Positions 28,999-37,761 of a stretch of DNA of 64,000 bases are shown in pieces. The notes beneath the pieces were generated by a model. That model saw nothing but the letters and a program-made list of their open reading frames with translations, did not search any database and was not told the origin of the DNA. Within the stretch, counting starts at the first letter, position 1, and every line of letters starts with the position of its first letter. This DNA comes from Deltaproteobacteria bacterium (GTDB lineage Bacteria; Desulfobacterota; DSM-4660; Desulfatiglandales; HGW-15). The DNA lies in NCBI GenBank assembly GCA_019313825.1, contig JAFDAM010000001.1, positions 13,121 to 77,120 on the forward strand, given 5' to 3'. A program made the translations under genes and the position numbers.

Positions 28999-29550
28999 AT
29001 GAAAGAGAAAGATACGGATAAAAGGATAAATGACCCTGAAAAAGGATCACGGCTCCCTATCCTTGTTACCATTGTAGGCAGGTCCGAATCAGGCAAGACC
29101 ACCCTCATGGAAAAACTTATCCCTGAGTTCAGGAAAAGGGGGTTACGTGTAGGGACCATTAAACATCATCTCCACGACTTTGATATCGATCACCCGGGCA
29201 AGGACAGCCGGAGGCACAAGCAGTCCGGCTCAGAAACGACCATTATATCATCCCCCCATATGATCGGCATGGTAATGGATGTTGATCATGATCATAGTCT
29301 TGAGGAATTGCTTCCTTTTTTCAATGGTAAGGATATCGTTATTTCAGAAGGCTATAAGAAAGCGGACATCCCAAAAGTGGAGATATTCAGGCCCGAGGTC
29401 CACGACAGACCCGTCTGTGAGAACGATGAGACGCTGATCGCCATTATGACGGATGCGGATGTCCATCTTGACGTGCCAAGGTTTGGAACAGGCGATGTTA
29501 AAAGACTGGCAGATTTTCTTGTCAGACACTTCGAGCTGGATAAGAGATAA
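28999..29550 (+). CDS. mobB: Molybdopterin-guanine dinucleotide biosynthesis adapter MobB
   Basis: P-loop GRSESGKTTL, then GTIKHH..D.D.PGKDS. Start at MKEKD just after the upstream stop. Confidence 0.8.
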   Translation: MKEKDTDKRINDPEKGSRLPILVTIVGRSESGKTTLMEKLIPEFRKRGLRVGTIKHHLHDFDIDHPGKDSRRHKQSGSETTIISSPHMIGMVMDVDHDHSLEELLPFFNGKDIVISEGYKKADIPKVEIFRPEVHDRPVCENDETLIAIMTDADVHLDVPRFGTGDVKRLADFLVRHFELDKR

Positions 29551-29587
29551 TAAAAGACCTCACACCCTTCTACTTTTTTAGGCGTTG

Positions 29588-30883
29588 CTAGTGCTTGAAT
29601 GCCCTCTGTCCGGTAAAGACCATGGTCACCTGTGGATCGGCCTCATTACACGCCTGGATGACCTCAAAGTCCCTCAGGGACCCGCCCGGCTGCACAATGG
29701 CCCTTATCCCCTCCTTGATGGCCACAGCCACACCATCCCTGAAAGGGAAAAAAGCGTCGGATACCATTGTTGCATTGATCAGTCCGCCCTTTGCCTCTTT
29801 GGTCTCTTTTTCAATCTCTTCCAGAAGGCCGGGATCTTTTTCTCCTCCTTTGACCATAAGCTCCAGCTCCTTGTAAGGAAGACCGTGTCTGTTGAAACAG
29901 ATGGCGTCGGCATACTTGGTGTAGGCCTTGAAGATGGCTATCTCAGCCACTCCTACCCTGTCCTGTTCCCCGGTCCCTATCCCGATGGTAACACCGTCCT
30001 TGACATAGATCACCGAGTTGGAGGTGATGCCCTGTTCCACCTGCCAACCGAACAGCATGTCGGCAAATTCTTCATCTGTAGGTTTTCTTGCAATAGTATG
30101 TTTTTCTCCCTTGTACTCTGTACCGGCAATCGTGAGATCCGCGGAGGAACTTACGCGATTGAGTGGAGACTGTTGAATGATCAGCCCGCCGTCAATCAGG
30201 CTCTTGAAGTCTATGTACCTGGCATTGGCATAATAGGGGAGGTTATCAATATTATTGATGCGCACGATCCGGAGATTTGCGCTCTTTGTCAGTATCGGGA
30301 TGGTCCCCTCTTCATAATCCGGGGCTGCCACAACCTCCAGGTAGTTTTGCGAGATCAGCTCGGCCGTCGGCTTGTCCATCGGCCGGTTAAATACCGCGCA
30401 ACCGCCAAAGGCCGCGATCCTGTCAGCCATATTGGCCTTCTGGTAGGCCTCTGAAAGGCTTGCCCCGTAGGCCACACCGCAGGGGTTGTTGTGCTTTACA
30501 ATTACAGCCACCGCGCCTTCCGTTAGATACTTAATGATATTGATGGCGTTATCCATGTCTGTCAGGTTGGTCTTGCCGGGATGCTTTCCTGCCTGGATCA
30601 TATCTTCATCGGTAATGGCCGACACCAGACCTTTAAGGGGCTCGATAAACTTGCATTCACCCATGACAAGGTTCCCGTTAACAAGCTCATACAGGGCCGC
30701 CTCCTGGCCGGGATTTTCACCATAACGCAACCCCTTCTCTATCAGCTCGCCTGACTTCCCGTCAGGGATCTTCCATGCCCTCTTTCTATATACCAGCGCC
30801 TGATCCCCGAAAGAGATGGTAACGTCCGGGGGGAAATGGTCATCCATCACTGTGCGGTACATCTTCTTCAAATCATTCCTCAT
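29588..30883 (-). CDS. purH: AICAR transformylase-domain protein (PurH C-terminal-domain type; no MGS/IMP-cyclohydrolase domain evident)
   Basis: AICARFT signatures (LRYGENPGQ, VKHNNPCG, IVQPGGS.RD). Confidence 0.7.
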   Translation of the reverse strand: MRNDLKKMYRTVMDDHFPPDVTISFGDQALVYRKRAWKIPDGKSGELIEKGLRYGENPGQEAALYELVNGNLVMGECKFIEPLKGLVSAITDEDMIQAGKHPGKTNLTDMDNAINIIKYLTEGAVAVIVKHNNPCGVAYGASLSEAYQKANMADRIAAFGGCAVFNRPMDKPTAELISQNYLEVVAAPDYEEGTIPILTKSANLRIVRINNIDNLPYYANARYIDFKSLIDGGLIIQQSPLNRVSSSADLTIAGTEYKGEKHTIARKPTDEEFADMLFGWQVEQGITSNSVIYVKDGVTIGIGTGEQDRVGVAEIAIFKAYTKYADAICFNRHGLPYKELELMVKGGEKDPGLLEEIEKETKEAKGGLINATMVSDAFFPFRDGVAVAIKEGIRAIVQPGGSLRDFEVIQACNEADPQVTMVFTGQRAFKH

Positions 30884-30885
30884 AT

Positions 30886-31272
30886 CTATCCTCCTGAAAT
30901 CCTGTTGATGCCATCCATGAGGAATGTCTTATTGAAGTTGATCAACAGGCCAAGCGGTTTGTCTGCAAGACGCAAGTAGGTCAAAAGCTGCTTTTTATGT
31001 AATGATTGGATCTCTTCTACTGACTTCAGCGTAACGATAATACTATCTTCGACCAGCAGGTCCAGTCGAAACCCTTCCTCCTGAACCTTCTGTCCGCGAT
31101 AGAAGATCTGCAAAGGGACCTCGGACTTTGCTTCTACCCCCATATTCTTCAATTCCATGAGCATACAGGCCTTGTAGACAGATTCCAACAGGCCTGGTCC
31201 GAGTTCTTTATGTATGGTTTTTGCCGCTTCTATTATCTGGGATGAGAGTGTATTTGTATCCATAAGTATCAT
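30886..31272 (-). CDS. GxxExxY protein (PD-(D/E)XK-like small protein family)
   Basis: The family-defining motif GPGLLESVY is present. 128 aa, wedged with 2-6 nt gaps between the purH-like gene and folE2. Confidence 0.75.
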   Translation of the reverse strand: MILMDTNTLSSQIIEAAKTIHKELGPGLLESVYKACMLMELKNMGVEAKSEVPLQIFYRGQKVQEEGFRLDLLVEDSIIVTLKSVEEIQSLHKKQLLTYLRLADKPLGLLINFNKTFLMDGINRISGG

Positions 31273-31278
31273 GAATGT

Positions 31279-32055
31279 CTATCCATGCTTCTTATGTTTC
31301 TCTATATAGGCATACGCGTTATGGTTGTGAATGGATTCGAAGTTCTCCGATTCCACTGCGAACCAGGTAATGTTCGTGTCCTTATTCAATTTCTGGGCAA
31401 TATCCCTTACAACATCCTCCACAAACTTAGGATTGTCATATGCCCTCTCGGTCACGTATTTCTCATCCTCCCGCTTGAGCACGGAATAGACATCACTGGA
31501 CGCGGACTCCTCCACAAGGCTGATCAGGTCCTCTATCCATATAAACTTTTTGAACCTGACCTGGAGCTTCACCTCGCCACGCTGGTTATGGGCGCCGAAA
31601 TCGCTTATCTCCTTGGAGCATGGACAGAGGGTGGAGATCGGGACCTGGATGATGGTCACGAGATCGCTCCCGTTATTAAGCGAACCCCTAAAGGTGCACT
31701 TGTATTCCATGAGACCCTCGCTCCCTGACACGGGAGCCCTCTTTTTTACAAAATATGGAAAGGAGATCTCCATATGGGCGCTTTGGGCATCCAGACGCTC
31801 TTTCATCTCCTCCAGGATATCTGAAAAGTTCTGAAGGGATATACGCCGGCTGTGCTCGTTAAGTATCTCCACAAAACGGCTCATATGGGTCCCCTTGTAA
31901 TATCGCGGCAGATCCACATACATATTGATCCTGGCAACTGTCTGCTGCTTCCCCATATTCTTGTCAAGAACGGTGATAGGGTAACGGATCCCTTTCACCC
32001 CCACCTGGTCGATGTCTATGTTCCTGTCATCCTTATGATTTTGTATGTCTTTCAT
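31279..32055 (-). CDS. folE2: GTP cyclohydrolase I type 2 (FolE2/MptA)
   Basis: N-terminal DIDQVGVKGIRYPI and CPCS metal-site motifs typical of FolE2. Confidence 0.85.
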   Translation of the reverse strand: MKDIQNHKDDRNIDIDQVGVKGIRYPITVLDKNMGKQQTVARINMYVDLPRYYKGTHMSRFVEILNEHSRRISLQNFSDILEEMKERLDAQSAHMEISFPYFVKKRAPVSGSEGLMEYKCTFRGSLNNGSDLVTIIQVPISTLCPCSKEISDFGAHNQRGEVKLQVRFKKFIWIEDLISLVEESASSDVYSVLKREDEKYVTERAYDNPKFVEDVVRDIAQKLNKDTNITWFAVESENFESIHNHNAYAYIEKHKKHG

Positions 32056-32194
32056 GGTAAACTCTTAGTATCAGAATTAAATTTAGGCCTTATTTAAATA
32101 TCTCAGGCAGTTAAAGTCAATAAAAAGATCATCAAACATATCCCTATTTTATAGCTTGATATTGTATGCCTAAAGATATATTTTATAGACCTTC

Positions 32195-32251
32195 CGTGGC
32201 GTGGCGCAGTCTGGAAGCGCATCTCGCTGCTTTTGCGGGAGTGTCGGAGGT
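32195..32251 (+). pseudogene. Degenerate partial duplicate of the 5' two-thirds of tRNA-Pro
   Basis: CGTGGCGTGGCGCAGTCTGGAAGCGCA..GTCGGAGGT is collinear with the intact tRNA 58 nt downstream. The anticodon arm is corrupted and the T-arm 3' half is missing. Confidence 0.7.
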
Positions 32252-32308
32252 AAGCATACACAGGTTATCCATCCTTTTTATATTTTGTGAAGAATAAATA
32301 AGCAAGCT

Positions 32309-32385
<77 letters not shown>

Positions 32386-32640
32386 GTCTTCGTTCGAAAC
32401 GGAGTGAAGAGCGAAGACTGCCGCGACGGAGCTAAAAGCGAAGTCGGGCTAGACACATCACCTTCATAATCATCGTTTCGAACTACGCCTTGGCACGCCA
32501 TCCTCCGTTCAGAGCAAAGCGGAGAGTGAAGGCTGCCGCGACGTCTTGTCGCGTCAGAGTCCTGACGAAGACGGAAGCCGACAGGCGGAGGCGGGCAAAA
32601 TCCTTTAATTCGGGATTGCTCCAAGCTATGTCTCCCCCAC

Positions 32641-32928
32641 TCAGTCAGCGGCGTGTGCTCCGTTCATGTAGTGCTCTGCCAATTGTTGCTGTTTCCCATG
32701 CCTGAATTCAATAGTGAGGTGAGCATACCTATCAGTCATTGAGATGTCTGAACGGCCGATCATCTCCTTGACTTCCTTAAGGCCTGCTCCTGAGAGGAGA
32801 AGGTTTGAGCAGAAAGTATGCCGCAGGTCGTGGAAATGGAAATCCTTGATCCCGGCTTCCCCAAGGGATGCCCGCCATGCCTTATGGAAAGATTTAAGAG
32901 GCGTTCCATCTAGGAGGAGAATATCTAT
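32641..32928 (-). pseudogene. Tyrosine recombinase (phage-integrase family) C-terminal remnant, ~95 codons
   Basis: The minus-strand frame reads ..IKDFHFHDLRHTFCSNLLLSGAGLKEVKEMIGRSDISMTDRYAHL.., containing the HxLRHT and catalytic Tyr motifs. The N-terminal two-thirds are absent. It lies 255 nt from tRNA-Pro. Confidence 0.8.
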
Positions 32929-33249
32929 TCAGTGAACATTGGAAGGAGAATTCAGCATATCCCAGATTAGACCTTGCCAGCCACTGATAAGGCCTTCATC
33001 ATGGCAATTGCCACAAGACCAGTGAATCTGATTCGTTGTCGGATCAAGGTGAATGTCGAGAATCCCCTTACATGGTTTCCGTCCGGGCCGGCGCCAGCAT
33101 TTAGGTGTTGAATCTGTCGGAATACCGGCCTCTAATGAGGTGGCATAGGTTATGATTTCCGACATTTTCTTGACCTTCAGCTTTAGCTGGGGAACGCCTG
33201 CCTCGGTCTTTGCCTCATCAAGCCAGTGTTGAATATTGATCACCCACAT
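32929..33249 (-). CDS. Hypothetical Cys-rich protein (106 aa)
   Basis: ORF with a CWRRPGRKPC...CGNC pattern (possible zinc ribbon). No family recognised. Confidence 0.35.
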   Translation of the reverse strand: MWVINIQHWLDEAKTEAGVPQLKLKVKKMSEIITYATSLEAGIPTDSTPKCWRRPGRKPCKGILDIHLDPTTNQIHWSCGNCHDEGLISGWQGLIWDMLNSPSNVH

Positions 33250-33472
33250 CTATTTATTCCTGTCCTTTCTTTTTCCATTCTTCTTACACCCTCAGGATAT
33301 CAGCTGGCCATAACACCAGATATGTCTGATGTACAATATATATTATCAGCTTCTAAAATGATTAAAAGGTTTACGCCCTCTCAATCACTTCTCCACGGAC
33401 CAAGCTGGTTATGAATCTTACCCAATAACTTTTTTAATCTATATGTCGCCTGTGGGAATGTATAACAATTTA

Positions 33473-34900
33473 TCATACCAACTTTTTACTCCAATACTCG
33501 GCCATGGCTGAGAGCATCCAGGCAATATCATGGAGCCGGGTATAAACCCGCAACCCCTGTTCATTAAGTTCGCTGATAGTTTTACTTCCCCAAAAGCCGT
33601 GATGATTCCCGATAAAAACCGGCAAACCAATTTCTCTCTCAAGATCAGAAAAACCCATGATATGTTTATTTTCAGATTCCCGAAAAAACCTTAAAGTTTC
33701 CGTCTCCTGTGAGTCCATTCCTGCTCTACCGAATCCATGCAAAACTACTGCATCCACTTCGCCGGAATGCATTATTTCCCGGCCGAGGGAGAGTAAGAAG
33801 TCAGTCTCATTGAATTTGCCCGACGCTCCGAAGTCGACCGGATTTTTTGAAGAAGCCCGAGAAAGTAGACCCAGATCCCTCAATTTTCCCTGAAGACCAT
33901 CGCTGAATTCCGGAACGGTCAGTCCGGATTCCACCAAGCAATCGGTCAGGGCGACACCCCAAGATCCACCCATTGTGATGATACCTATTCGTCCCCCTCT
34001 CATTTGGGGCCGTTCTATGAGGCCATGAGCCAAAGGAATTAAAAGTTCCATTGCAGGTGAAATGACGATTCCCGTCTGTTTGAACATGCCCTTGGTTATC
34101 TGCCACTTACTTGATAGGGCTCCTGTATGACTTTGAGCAGCGCGAGCGCTGTCGGCTGTCCTGCCTCCATTGTAAACGATAATGGGTTTTACTTGATTGA
34201 CTCTCCTTGCGACCTCCATGAACCGTTTCCCATCCCGAATCGTTTCTAAATACATCACAATGGCCTGGGTTTCAGGATCTTTTTCAAAAAATTCAAGAAA
34301 ATCGGTCACAGTCAGATCCGCCTCGTTTCCGGTGTGGACAAATTTCCCGATGCCCATTTTTTGATGCGAAGCCGAGGCAAGGAGATCGTGAATGGCAAAA
34401 CCCCCTTGGCATACGGCGGCTATGGGCGTTTTTAGGAGATTCTTGGAATGGGTAGATGAGGCATAAAATCCTTCATAGAGGTTGAAGGTGCCGCTGACGT
34501 TTGGTCCCAGCAACCTCATATTCATGGAATGGGCAAGTCGGGTTAATCGTTCCTGGGTTTGAATCCCCCTATCAGAGGTTTCTGCAAATCCGGCAGTGAT
34601 AATCGTGATTCCCTTTACCTTTTTTTGCCCGCAGGCTGCTATTGTTTCTTCCAAATATTTTTCCGGAATGGCAATAACGGCTAAATCCACGGGTTCTTTG
34701 ATGTGTCTGATATCTTTGAAATTGGGTAAATTGAAAATCCGTTGGGCCTGCTTGTTCACCGGGTATATGATACCGGGATATTTTACGGAGTGAAGCCCTT
34801 CCATGATAAAGGTTCCCCAAGATCCGGGTCGCTCCGAGGCCCCTATGACGGCAACAGATTTCGGGTTAAGAAAGATGTTTAAATCTGAGGGACATACCAT
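33473..34900 (-). CDS. ADP-forming acetyl-CoA synthetase (acetate--CoA ligase) alpha-type subunit (CoA-binding + ligase-CoA domains)
   Basis: NPKSVAVIGAS CoA-binding start, GPN..G, and a phosphohistidine-loop-like SHTGAL. Confidence 0.8.
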   Translation of the reverse strand: MVCPSDLNIFLNPKSVAVIGASERPGSWGTFIMEGLHSVKYPGIIYPVNKQAQRIFNLPNFKDIRHIKEPVDLAVIAIPEKYLEETIAACGQKKVKGITIITAGFAETSDRGIQTQERLTRLAHSMNMRLLGPNVSGTFNLYEGFYASSTHSKNLLKTPIAAVCQGGFAIHDLLASASHQKMGIGKFVHTGNEADLTVTDFLEFFEKDPETQAIVMYLETIRDGKRFMEVARRVNQVKPIIVYNGGRTADSARAAQSHTGALSSKWQITKGMFKQTGIVISPAMELLIPLAHGLIERPQMRGGRIGIITMGGSWGVALTDCLVESGLTVPEFSDGLQGKLRDLGLLSRASSKNPVDFGASGKFNETDFLLSLGREIMHSGEVDAVVLHGFGRAGMDSQETETLRFFRESENKHIMGFSDLEREIGLPVFIGNHHGFWGSKTISELNEQGLRVYTRLHDIAWMLSAMAEYWSKKLV

Positions 34901-34903
34901 GGC

Positions 34904-35605
34904 TTAATTCCTTTCCAATAGCACTAGGGCATCTACTGCTATTGGTTTGTCGGCGGTAATAATTACCGGGTTGATGTCGATCTCTCTGATCTTATCATTC
35001 TCAATACCGATTTGGCCCACCGAAACCAGGGTTTTCGCCAGATTATCTTTATCCACACTCTCCATACCGCGGGCGGATTCCAGGGTTTTATGTCCTTTGA
35101 TCTCATACATCATTTCAAAGGCGTCACTTTTTTCAAATGGGGCAACTCGAAAGACCGTGTCATTTAACACCTTGGTGAATACACCTCCCAGCCCGAACAT
35201 CACACAGGGGCCGAATCGGGGGTCCCCAGTCATGCCAACCATAAGTTCTCGTTTCCCTTTGACCATCTGTGCTGAATTAATACTTGTTTATCGCCGCCAT
35301 CCATGCGATCCATGATCTTTTTATACGCCACAAGAGCTTCAGTATCATTTCTTATGTTCAGATGAATTAAACCCGTTTCCGTTTTGTGGGAGATTCCTCT
35401 CGAACAAACCTTAATAACTATAAGGATAGCCGATTTTTTCGGTAGCGGTAAGTAGGTTTTCAATATGGCGCACCAATACTTCTTCAATAACAGGAATGCC
35501 ATAAGCTCCCAAGATTTGTTTGGACTCGTATTCTGAAAGCGCGTATTGGCCTCTCCTGAGTGCTTCATCAATAATTTGTTTAACATCTGGGGGAATAGAT
35601 GGCAT
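34904..35605 (-). pseudogene. ADP-forming acetyl-CoA synthetase beta-type (ATP-grasp) subunit broken by two frameshifts
   Basis: Three consecutive overlapping frames (35605-35411, 35586-35230, 35266-34904) together reconstruct a ~234-aa ATP-grasp subunit (..LSEYESKQILGAYGIPV.., ..HKTETGLIHLN.., ..EIDINPV..). Confidence 0.7.
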
Positions 35606-36059
35606 GAAATTGCAATAATTGCAATTTTATTCTAAGAAACCTCTCAGAGTGCGGAGGACATTAATGGCCGGGGGAGACCCCTCGCCAAGGCTGTGTCCGA
35701 CTTTCAGAGATATTCTTATGGCAAGGAAAAGTGATTTGAAGGGAAGGAAAATTGGCGGGGAGAGACGACCATCAAAATCAACCATCGTCGTTCCTGCCGT
35801 ATAAAAACAAACCTGAAATACCTGCACTTTTTTCATTTTATTTAATAACCAAAACAACTGTTTTGGATCATTACAGTATAAAATATAGTGTACTTTTGCC
35901 CTTTATTTTGTGCACTATCACACAAGTTTATGTGCATTTAACTCCTATTCTTTCATGTATCAATCAATGAAAAACCCCTCATACCTCAGCTCTTCCTGAT
36001 GTCCTATTGCCCAGGCACATTCTGGCACAAATCTTGTAGATACTTTTCCGTAAAAACAA

Positions 36060-36512
36060 CTACTCAGGTTCATGGTTCAAGGGTTCACTGTTCAAGGTTA
36101 GGATGAGATGAAAATTAAACGGTTTGAAGATATTGAGGCTTGGCAACTGGCACTTCGTGCTGTAATCGATGTACTGGCATTTATCAACTATGGGCTAAAG
36201 AGACAGATACAAGATTCTGCCGGATCATCAATGCATAATATTGCCGAAGGTTTTGAATCCGAGACGAATGGGGAGTTCATCCGTTTCTTGCGGTATTCTA
36301 AGCGGTCTTGCTCGGAAGTCCAGCGCGAGCTTTACATCGCTGTGGAGGAAGAATACATATCGCACGGCGAATTCAAAGATGTCTTCAAGCAAGCCAGACG
36401 AACACGTGCTGCAGTTCGTGGTTTTATCAATTATCTCAAAAAATATGGGGGGTGCAAGGCGACCAACCGTGAACCATGAACCGTGAACCTGACAACCTGA
36501 GTAGTTATAAAA
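36060..36512 (+). mobile_element. Intact four-helix-bundle (23S-IVS-protein-like) cassette with inverted heptamer-array arms
   Basis: The left arm AACTACTCAGGTTCATGGTTCAAGGGTTCACTGTTCAAGGTT and the right arm AACCGTGAACCATGAACCGTGAACCTGACAACCTGAGTAGTT are reverse complements enclosing the ORF. Confidence 0.8.
36108..36479 (+). CDS. Four-helix-bundle protein (23S rRNA intervening-sequence protein / Avd-like family)
   Basis: MKIKRFEDIEAWQLA.. N-terminus, IAEGFE.., FIRFLRYSKRSCSEVQ.. The pattern and ~120-aa length are typical of the TIGR02436/PF05635-type family as I recall it. Confidence 0.8.
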   Translation: MKIKRFEDIEAWQLALRAVIDVLAFINYGLKRQIQDSAGSSMHNIAEGFESETNGEFIRFLRYSKRSCSEVQRELYIAVEEEYISHGEFKDVFKQARRTRAAVRGFINYLKKYGGCKATNREP

Positions 36513-36530
36513 AAACGGAGGTAAGAACAG

Positions 36531-36788
36531 ATGGCACAACCGGAAAAAAGATTTAAATGTGGCGCATGCGAGGTATCTATCTTTGAAAATACAATAACTA
36601 CAAAAGACGGGAAAAAAATGAGAACTAAAAAGGCCTCTTTCCAGAAACGATACAAAAATGCAGATGGAGAATGGAAATCCACAAACAGTCTTGATGTTAA
36701 TGATATCCCCAAAGCCAAACTGGTGCTTAGTGAGGCCTATAAATACCTGGCTCTTAGTAAAGACATTGAGGAAAACGGGGATAATTAA
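36531..36788 (+). CDS. Small hypothetical protein (85 aa)
   Basis: RBS GGAGG lies upstream. The sequence is basic, beta-rich and protein-like (..SFQKRYKNADGEWKSTNSL..). No confident family assignment. Confidence 0.45.
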   Translation: MAQPEKRFKCGACEVSIFENTITTKDGKKMRTKKASFQKRYKNADGEWKSTNSLDVNDIPKAKLVLSEAYKYLALSKDIEENGDN

Positions 36789-36803
36789 AACCATATTAAA
36801 TCA

Positions 36804-36887
36804 GTGAAGAACCCCGACCAAAGGTCGGGGTTCTTCTAAGGAAAAAGCCTGTTTGATTTTGGAGGCTCCGCCCCCAAACCACTACGG
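36804..36887. repeat. Module D repeat with a 14-bp perfect hairpin (36806-36836)
   Basis: GAAGAACCCCGACC-aaa-GGTCGGGGTTCTTC followed by GAGGCTCCGCCCCCAAACC. Second copy at 24735-24820. Confidence 0.8.
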
Positions 36888-36930
36888 CCATACATCCCCG
36901 TGCAAAGCCCGGGGCATTCTGGCTTTTTCA

Positions 36931-37392
36931 CGTCATGTCCGGTTAGGGTTTTGTAATGCCGGCATATGGAAGTTAATGGCCGGCGGGGGTCTCTTTCCAT
37001 GGTCGAACTGCATTATGTGCAGTGCATCCGCATGAAGCCGGAGGAGGCGGACGGGGGCTTCCTCTGATATTATCCGATCTGAACGAGGCTGAATAACGGA
37101 GAAGCATTCCCTGATCCACCATCAAGACATCATCTGTCCCGCTCCTATCGGGATTTCGCGGGCTCAACTTGCAGACATCTAAATACCTTGCTGGTGCCCA
37201 GGGACAGACCAAAATCCTTTGTCCGCATGGATGATGTGGAAATTAGATGGTGGATGTGGGCATTCCGTCCGCCCGGCAGGCGCCTTTTATAAAAGTTTTG
37301 CTTCTAACCCGTTCGCCATTGAAAAGAGACCCCCACCGGCCATCTTTAGAATACAAATGTCATTAATGCAAAATCCTAACCGGACATTACTG
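36931..37392. mobile_element. Composite MITE-like element: module-C outer inverted repeats + ~27-bp inner TIRs + long internally paired core, no ORF
   Basis: Inner TIRs ATGGCCGGCGGGGGTCTCTTTCCATGG (36976-37002) / CCATTGAAAAGAGACCCCCACCGGCCAT (37316-37343). Outer module C at 36934-36958 / 37361-37392. Internal long-range complementarity (ATCCACCATC..CATCATC with GATGATG..GATGGTGGAT). Confidence 0.75.
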
Positions 37393-37450
37393 TCTCACTG
37401 TATATTCTTTGAAAAATTATTGTTTTTTTTAACAACTATCTCAAGCTCAT

Positions 37451-37714
37451 CTATATCTTCGGGCCTGCTTCCTGGTGAGAACCGGCTAATATCAAAGTAA
37501 TACAACCTGCCTTTGTATAAAAGCGGAAATACTCGGCCTGACTCTCACGTGCGTACCCTTCAACGATCTTTGATGGAACTGAAATCGCAGCTCTTCTCAT
37601 TTGGGAAGTCAACCCATATACTTCCTCCTCAGGAAATTCTCTATGAGCTCGATAGACCAGAAGCGCCACTTCGTCAGCCAATTCAAACGCTCTGAGCTTC
37701 GTATGATCACGCAT
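37451..37714 (-). pseudogene. Truncated four-helix-bundle (Avd/23S-IVS-like) gene: only the first ~66 codons are family-like
   Basis: MRDHTKLRAFELADEVALLVYRAHREFPEEEVYGLTSQMRRAAISVPSKIVEGYARESQAEYFRF is family-typical. Similarity is lost near 37516, next to the composite element. An upstream anchor TAACTGCTCAGGT is present. Confidence 0.7.
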
Positions 37715-37761
37715 GATTCTTTCCTACAGCCTATCTACCTGAGCAGTTACATGAAAGTAAA

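Noticed and set aside
29585-30454. A 289-aa plus-strand ORF overlapping the PurH-like gene, and similar long antisense ORFs (59418-60473 within acsB, 57070-57696 within acsA, 7380-7847 within the MCP gene).
   Set aside because: These are shadow ORFs opposite strongly supported genes. Their translations are low-complexity or Arg/Pro/Gly-biased with no recognisable motifs.
32641-33249. The 106-aa Cys-rich ORF (32929-33249) is in the same frame as the integrase C-terminal remnant and is separated from it only by a TGA. I considered read-through or selenocysteine producing one fused protein.
   Set aside because: The upstream ORF shows no resemblance to integrase N-terminal or core-binding domains. 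About 200 residues of the catalytic domain would still be missing, no hairpin follows this TGA, and a shared frame has a 1-in-3 chance expectation.
37140-37175. A short similarity between CGGGATTTCGCGGGCTC inside the composite element and the VR end TCGGATTTCGGGTTGTC, considered as a possible DGR IMH or template-repeat trace.
   Set aside because: The match is only ~10 nt, it is on the opposite strand relative to the VR, and there is no extended A-rich template-like similarity. It is most likely coincidence.
36973-37347. Whether the structured 370-nt core (and its copy at 21.4 kb) is a known housekeeping RNA (tmRNA, RNase P RNA, 6S, SRP) or a group II intron fragment.
   Set aside because: None of the conserved signatures I know are present: the tmRNA acceptor/tag region, the RNase P GAGGAAAGUCC box, or group II domain V. 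The sequence is multi-copy, bounded by terminal inverted repeats, and folds essentially as one long hairpin, which is typical of MITEs.
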